Notes under the pieces: generated by a model
The model's input: the letters and a program-made list of their open reading frames with translations, nothing else
Database searches by the model: none
Told to the model about the DNA's origin: nothing
Assembly: GCA_964016885.1 (NCBI GenBank)
Contig: OZ024748.1
Location: 27,218,001-27,282,000, forward strand
DNA length: 64,000 nt
Direction of reading: 5' to 3'
From: Eledone cirrhosa
Lineage: Eukaryota
Position numbers and translations under genes: made by a program
In this document: in pieces, positions 62,543 to 64,000 of the stretch
Layout: each line of letters begins with the position of its first letter
Numbering within the stretch: position 1 is the stretch's first letter

Positions 62543-64000
62543 AATCCCTGGATTTTATAAGAAGCGACTAACATGGTTGGCATTAGGATGGATTTTCAGT
62601 CATTAAACACTGCTTCAAAAGGTACTACCCACCCCACCCAACACGAAGGAGCAGAAGTAAAACAACACTGATGATGATCATGTGGGTGTGTATGTGTTTT
62701 CTCTCTCTATCTATTCATCTCTCTATCTATCTATATATATTCTTTCCTCTATAACACCTATTACCTTGGCATCTTTAATCTTCTATGCATTGTAGGGCTT
62801 TTAAACTTATTTAAATTTATATGGCAGTGGGTATATCACTTGTTTAATACCAAATGCGATAAAGCTCAATGTATTAATCACTTATGGAAAAAATACAGAG
62901 CATAATAATTTTAATCTAAATGAAAACCAGAGATAATTCTTCAAACCATTTTATTAACTTCTACATTCGTTTCAACTTCAATGCACGAGACACTGCATGG
63001 TTTGTAAATCAATTAATTAGATAATAATTTACAGATTAATTAATTAATCTATCAAATCAGTAAAGCGATGTCGAATAATATTAAATTATGGTACTACTTT
63101 CACTGCCACTTGTTGAGGTCTCATTTAAAAACTGCAAAATTTTACAAGCCTGGTAGCCTAAAATGCAATTTGTGTTTAAACTGAGTGCCTCTTAATAACT
63201 AAATCTAATCTAGAGTTATTGAATAGGAATTCTGAATTAGTCTCAACCTGCCCACATAGAAATTCCTATTCCTTTTACTAATATAAAGGTGATGTTACGT
63301 AATAAACAACTTCATATGAATGTAAAATTAAGCTATGAACCTTACATTATTATCACCCTCTTCTACCTATATCATTAATAAACAGCATACTTGTATATTA
63401 GATATCCGAACCATATAACATTAGTATTAAAATTAGGTCCACTTATGTTTTGTCTATAACTTTACGTTGGTCTTCACAGGAGGTTTTTACACTGTATAAT
63501 CTATATATAGATTATATATATTATATATTATATATCATCATCATCATCATCATCGTTTAACGGCCATATTCCACGCTTGCATGGGTTTGGACGGGAGTTT
63601 TCCCACGTGAGGCAAGAGTGGTTGTCTTGCTCGCATAGGACTGTCTGGCGGGTTTTCTACGGCTGGATGCCCTTCCTAACACCAACCACATTTACAGTGT
63701 GGGGCTGGGAGGTTTTTACCGTGTTACCTACACGGCCACATTACAGCGTGGACTGTGTTTTTTTGTCGTGACACCTACACGACCTCATTTGTTTCAGCCT
63801 GGATGTTGTGGTACCAACATAACTTTACATTGAAAGGGGCGGTGTGGATGGGGTGGGGGTGTATTTTGTTAGAGGTGCCTACTGACTGTAGTAGGTTTTA
63901 CTTTGTATTTAGGTAAGGCGGGTCTTCTCTATTACTGAGTACCGCCAAAAATCTCGGTCCAGTGATATTGTCTTGGAGAGGTGTAAGTGTGTGAGATCGG

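Overview
This is AT-rich, microsatellite-dense animal genomic DNA. The SINE, RTE and Penelope repeat landscape suggests an octopus or other coleoid cephalopod, but that is inferred, not proven. Two host genes lie on the + strand: the last nine coding exons of an SLC7A9/b(0,+)AT-like amino-acid transporter (231-18857) and the first two coding exons of cytosolic glycerol-3-phosphate dehydrogenase GPD1 (43752-43795 and 60316-60496). Most of the rest is mobile DNA: an L1/Tx1-type LINE, several RTE LINE relics, a two-LTR Ty3/Gypsy element, hAT, mariner, pogo-type and piggyBac-type relics or MITEs, a non-autonomous Helitron, a Penelope GIY-YIG relic and many tRNA-derived SINEs. The most striking hidden structure is a set of minimal type-I hammerhead ribozymes. 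Six have intact cores (27272-27316, 28441-28485 and four in 40830-41652) and several more are decayed. They sit in fold-back palindromic Penelope-like termini embedded in (TA)n microsatellites. Most short ORFs in the supplied track are microsatellite artefacts.
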